From Podarcis muralis (taxonomy: Eukaryota), in contig NC_135667.1 of NCBI RefSeq assembly GCF_964188315.1, forward strand, positions 23,002,001 to 23,066,000: a stretch of DNA of 64,000 nt. The letters run 5' to 3'. This document shows, piece by piece, positions 59,625 to 64,000 of this stretch (positions are counted from its first letter, which is position 1; each line of letters opens with the position of its first letter). The position numbers and the translations under genes are program-made. Below the pieces are notes generated by a model. The model did no database searches. It saw only the letters and a list, made by a program, of their open reading frames with translations, and was not told the DNA's origin.

Positions 59625-62600
59625 ATGGGAATCTATGTTTGGAGGCAAAATTTTCTCACCAGGATCATGCTAGTGATCGTGTTGCTGCTTGCACTGCTGT
59701 GTCATTCCGTATGTAAGACACATTCTATTAACTGCAGCATATTGGATGATCCAGTCCCTATTCCTCATGAATTTTACCAGCCAGGAAACCTTATCATTGG
59801 TGTCATTATTTCTCAGGTTGTCTTCCTCTATAACCATCTCAGTTTCATGGAACAGCCCACACAGATCTTGATTAACGAACCCATGTAAGGCAATATTATT
59901 TATCTCTTACCCAATTTTTAATATGTGCAGACCATTATTATTAAGGCATTCTGTTCTTTATTTACTTTCTAGTGTCACAAAAGTGACTTGGGTGCCTGCA
60001 GATGAGCAAGGACGAAGAATACCAAAAAAAAGTTGTAATTTTATTAAACAGCTGTTACTCTTATTACAGATCTGTGCCAAAGAACTACCAGCATATACTG
60101 GCCTTAGCATTTGCTGTCAAAGAGATCAATGAGAATCCCAACGTCTTATCAAATATATCTCTAGGATTCCACATCCTCAATAGTTACTACACTGCAAGGA
60201 TGACGTATAAAGCTACCCTGAACCTTCACTCCACACAACATAGGTTTGTCCCCAACTTCATTTGTGACAATCAGAACAAGCTGATAGCTCTCATTGGAGG
60301 ATGCATCTCTGAAATCTCTGCCAATATTGCCATCATTTCAGCAACCCGAAAGACTCCACAAGTAAGCTGTGTGCATGGGGATATGGAGATTTCACCTCTC
60401 TGGTACAGAATCTTTATTTCAGGAAATGGGTTCAGAGAAGGGTAATGAATCTAAAATGGATAATAATCCATTTAAGGGAAGTTTGAAAGAACTTTGAAGA
60501 TTTAGTGTGCACCAGAATAGGCTAAGTGGAGAGAGTGTGAACAAAAAAATTCCTTCCAGTAGCACCTTAAAGACCAACTAAGTTAGTTCTTGGTATGAGC
60601 TTTCGTGTGCATGCACACTTCTTCAGATACATCTTCTTCATACATCTGAAGAAGTGTGCATGCACACGAAAGCTCATACCAAGAACTAACTTAGTTGGTC
60701 TTTAAGGTGCTACTGGAAGGAATTTTTTTGTTTTGACTATGGCAGACCAACACGGCTACCTATCTGTAACTGGAGAGAGTGTGGTCCTTCTCACATGACC
60801 CAAATAACTCCTGCACCTCTGTGATTCAATAATTAAGAATGATCTTGTCATCCTTTAAAAAAATGCTTATGCATTTGATTTCAGCTCACCTATGGATCAT
60901 TTTTGCCACAACAAGGTACAAAACTTCTATTTCCATTTTTGTACCAGATGGTCCCAGATGAAACCTACCAGCATATAGGGGTTGCACGGTTACTTCAGCA
61001 TTTTGGATGGACATGGATTGGGCTCGTGGCTGTGGACGATGACAAAGGAGACAGGTTTTTACAGGCAATTGTGCCAATGCTTTCCCAGAATGGCATCTGT
61101 TATGCATTCATAGTAAGAATACCAAAATGGAATTATGTGGATGAGATGGTGGACTATGGTTTACAGCATTCAGTAAATTATGCAATTGTCTTTGAGCAAA
61201 ACCCCAGAGTATTTTTTATTTATGGAGAGCCTCCGTCCTTTCAGGTTTTGAGATTAATGCTACTTGTAGCACCCTTAATGGAATATCCACCTCTGGGTAA
61301 AGTATGGATTATTACATCCCACTGGGATTTTGCATCACTGTCTGTTCAGAAGAATTGGGAAATACAGACTTTCCATGGTTCCATATCCTTTACAGTTCAT
61401 GCAAATAAGCTATTAGGATTCGAAAAGTTCATTCAGATGTTAAAACCTTTCTGGGCCAAAAAAGATGGTTTTATAAAGGACTTCTGGGAACAGGCATTTA
61501 CTTGTTCATTCAAAGCCTCTAAGGAGCAGGAGGAAGAGGAGAAGAAAACCTGTACTGGAGAGGAGACACTGGAGAGCCTTCCTGGCATTCTGTTTGAAAT
61601 GCACATGACTGGCCACAGCTACAATGTCTACAATGCTGTCTATGCTGTGGCACATGCTTTGCAGGCCATATACAAATTGAACTCCAAACACAGAAGATTG
61701 GGAGAGAGACGGACATTTCGGAACATGCAACTGTGGCAGGTAATTACACATCAATACTATTGTTTAAAAAGTAGCCTAGCTTTGGAACCAGAGGGAGAAG
61801 GAAGTGTAAGTTTGCATAAATCAGTTACATTAAAATGCATGCAGATTTCTTTTTGGTTAGAGGTAAGACTCTAGTGTTTTAAAACCAATGGCCATCCCTG
61901 GAATCAAATGGATGGACATGGCAGACAGAGGGAGCAAATCATTACATCTACTGTTCAAATATGACATACCTTTGTGAAGCTCCCTGAAATAATTTCAAAA
62001 TTAACGCCATCTTTTGTTCCTCTTTTAACATAGATCCATCATTTTCTTAAGAGCATCTTATTTAATAACAGTGCTGGAGACATTGTGCGCTTTGACAGTA
62101 ATCGAGAAATAGTTGCAGGTTTTGATGTTACAAACTGGTTGATGTTCTCCAATGGATCTGTTGTTAGAGTAAAAGTTGGAAGACTGGAACCTCAGGCTCC
62201 TTCTGGCAAGGAATTAACCATTCATGATGATCAAATTGAATGGCATCCAAGTTTTAATCAGGTGAAATTTACCAGCAAATACTTGAGTTTATATTGTAGT
62301 TCCTAGAAAACACCAGGGGATTAATTTGCTGTAGTGGACAGCCTTCTCTATTCATGTTGAATTCTGGAACATGCACAGAGCAGTCGTGGCTGATGCAGGT
62401 AGACATTCATACAGATGGCTCCTCACTGCACACATTTATCTCCCAAGCAGTGGGAAGAGTGATACAAAGCTGTGCCAAATGCTTTGTCCTCATTCCCCTA
62501 TCACATGATTCAGATCAGATGGTAGTTGACTGATGAATGAGGAAAGCTAATCTCTTATTGCTCATCTTCCATCTATGATTCCCCTTAGGTGCTGCCTGTT

Positions 62601-62715
62601 TCTGTGTGCAATGACAACTGTTGCCCTGGCTATAGCAGGAAAAAGAAAGAGGGAGAGAAATTTTGTTGCTATGATTGTGTTCAGTGTCCAGAAGGGATGA
62701 TCTCTGTCAAGAAGG
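59625..62715 (+). CDS. Vmn2r26-like: V2R gene 5, exons 1-5 open; exon 6 lies beyond the window
   Basis: Exons 59625-59884, 60070-60361, 60885-61739, 62034-62261, 62589-62715; GT-AG, no stops. Confidence 0.9.
60540..60770. mobile_element. Palindromic Penelope-like (PLE) derivative in gene 5 intron 2
   Basis: Perfect 88-bp inverted arms (60541-60628 and 60644-60731), a 15-nt loop and a short 3' extension; 13-bp TSD tggagagagtgtg at 60527-60539 and 60771-60783. Family assignment is from recollection of squamate PLE termini. Confidence 0.7.
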
Positions 62716-63249
62716 GTAAGAAGCACAATGTATAGTGATACCAAAACATTTTCATAACACAACATAATGGTTATATTTGGAGAATGCATATGCCCTGAAT
62801 ACTTTTAAAATTTGCAATACAAATTTTATAGGTTGAAAGGGAGTATATAAATGTAATAATACATTAAAAAATACATTGTTGTCGCAACCCATAGGATCAA
62901 ATATTGGATGAGTATTTCAGTGTATGTGGCCTGATGATGTGAACCGTTGCAGTGATGTGATGAGCAGCTTGCTCACTTGGTATGTGTCCTTCCTAGCTAA
63001 TGAAGGACAATTATACAGAGGGTTGACTAGATGGATCTCAGGTGGGGTGAACATGTCTCTGTGTGATGGAATTGTTCCAATTGACCTTAACCTTATGGTG
63101 GTGCATCCATTTCTGTCAAAGCCCACCTTAGACCCTATAATGACTACTTTCTGGACATGAATATTATCATCTTGGGAATATGGTGAAGAAGGTGTGGTGG
63201 GGCAGATGGAGGAGTATCTCTAACCTACCTAAAGATTTATGTGCCGATA

Positions 63250-63770
63250 ACAGCATGGTCCTTGTTCTATGGTGTCCTTGTCCCCAGTGTTGAGGCCCAT
63301 GAAGCTGCTAGGACTGGTTATTAGGAGTTTGGGCAAAGTGTCATCAATATGCTAATGACACACAGCTGTATTTCTCCATAAAGTCTAATTCAGGATAAGC
63401 TGTATATGATCTGAACTATTTCCTTGGCAAAGTGTTGACAGTCCATAAAGTGAGATTGAACCCTGGGAAGAACAAAGCACTGTATGTACGTGATTCCCAT
63501 ATATGGGAGATTGGTCTATTCTGTATTCTGGATGGCTCACTCTGAAATAATAGGTTTGTCATTTAGGGGTGCTCCTGGGTCCAACTCTGGTAGCTTGAAA
63601 ATTTGCAGCTGATATTTTAATTATCAATTTTCTTGGATAGGAATAATATGACCACAATTATTTATGCACTAGCAACCTCAATAGCTATTCCAATGTGCTC
63701 TATGTGGGGCTAACAGAAGTTCATTAGATGCTACAGGTGTTGTAAAATGTTGAGGCTAGACTTTTTATGG
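63250..63770 (+). mobile_element. Old, decayed L2-like RT fragment in gene 5 intron 5
   Basis: Degenerate remnants of HQYADDTQLY (catcaatatgctaatgacacacagctgtat), LNPGK, LGVLL and NVLYVGL, with many stops and indels. Confidence 0.55.
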
Positions 63771-64000
63771 GGGCAGAATACCACCAACAAAAATATGCTT
63801 GTTAAAACTACAGACAGGAGTTTTAACAAGCATATTGTTAAAACTACAAAGTACTGCAAGAGTGTTTAAAATGATGATTTATCCCACTATCTCCTATGAC
63901 AACCTTGCCATCCTGTGGAAATATGGAAGTCCCTTCTCCTAGAGTGATTCAAATGACTATAATAACACAAATGGAGAACTATCACTTGCTCTCAGAACTG

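Noticed and set aside
1-64000. CRISPR arrays, rRNA, operon-like systems
   Set aside because: No repeat-spacer arrays or rRNA-like sequence; the DNA is intron-containing vertebrate sequence.

Overview
Vertebrate genomic DNA, most likely from a squamate. Lacertid lizard is inferred from the Sauria-SINE type, Bov-B, L1, L2, CR1 and Penelope-like repeat content. The window is a tandem, same-strand (+) cluster of vomeronasal type-2 receptor genes (V2R, class C GPCR), each with the six-exon layout: signal peptide and Venus-flytrap domain (exons 1-4), cysteine-rich NCD3G domain (exon 5 to start of exon 6) and 7TM domain (exon 6). Genes 1, 2 and 3 (3178-10204, 14335-27587, 29385-38701) splice into intact 895-aa ORFs. 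Gene 4 (43012-55301) has a TAG nonsense codon in exon 3 and an L2 LINE inserted exactly at the exon-2 splice donor. Gene 5 (from 59625) runs off the window after exon 5. Introns and spacers hold a Gypsy-type LTR element (gag plus protease), an L1 with an intact 1253-aa ORF2, truncated L1/L2/CR1/Bov-B/unclassified LINE pieces, four Sauria SINEs, probable solo LTRs, MITEs and a palindromic Penelope-like element. The most interesting signal is that the receptor genes are mosaics of one another. Gene 1 switches lineage inside exon 1. Gene 3 looks like a fusion of two paralogs and carries an orphan half-duplicated exon 2. Genes 2 and 3 share a near-identical exon 3 inside diverged flanks. A solo LTR with mismatched flanks abuts a remnant of another exon 6. 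I found no prokaryote-type systems (CRISPR etc.) and no convincing wholly new protein family. All comparisons were done by eye, without alignment or database tools.
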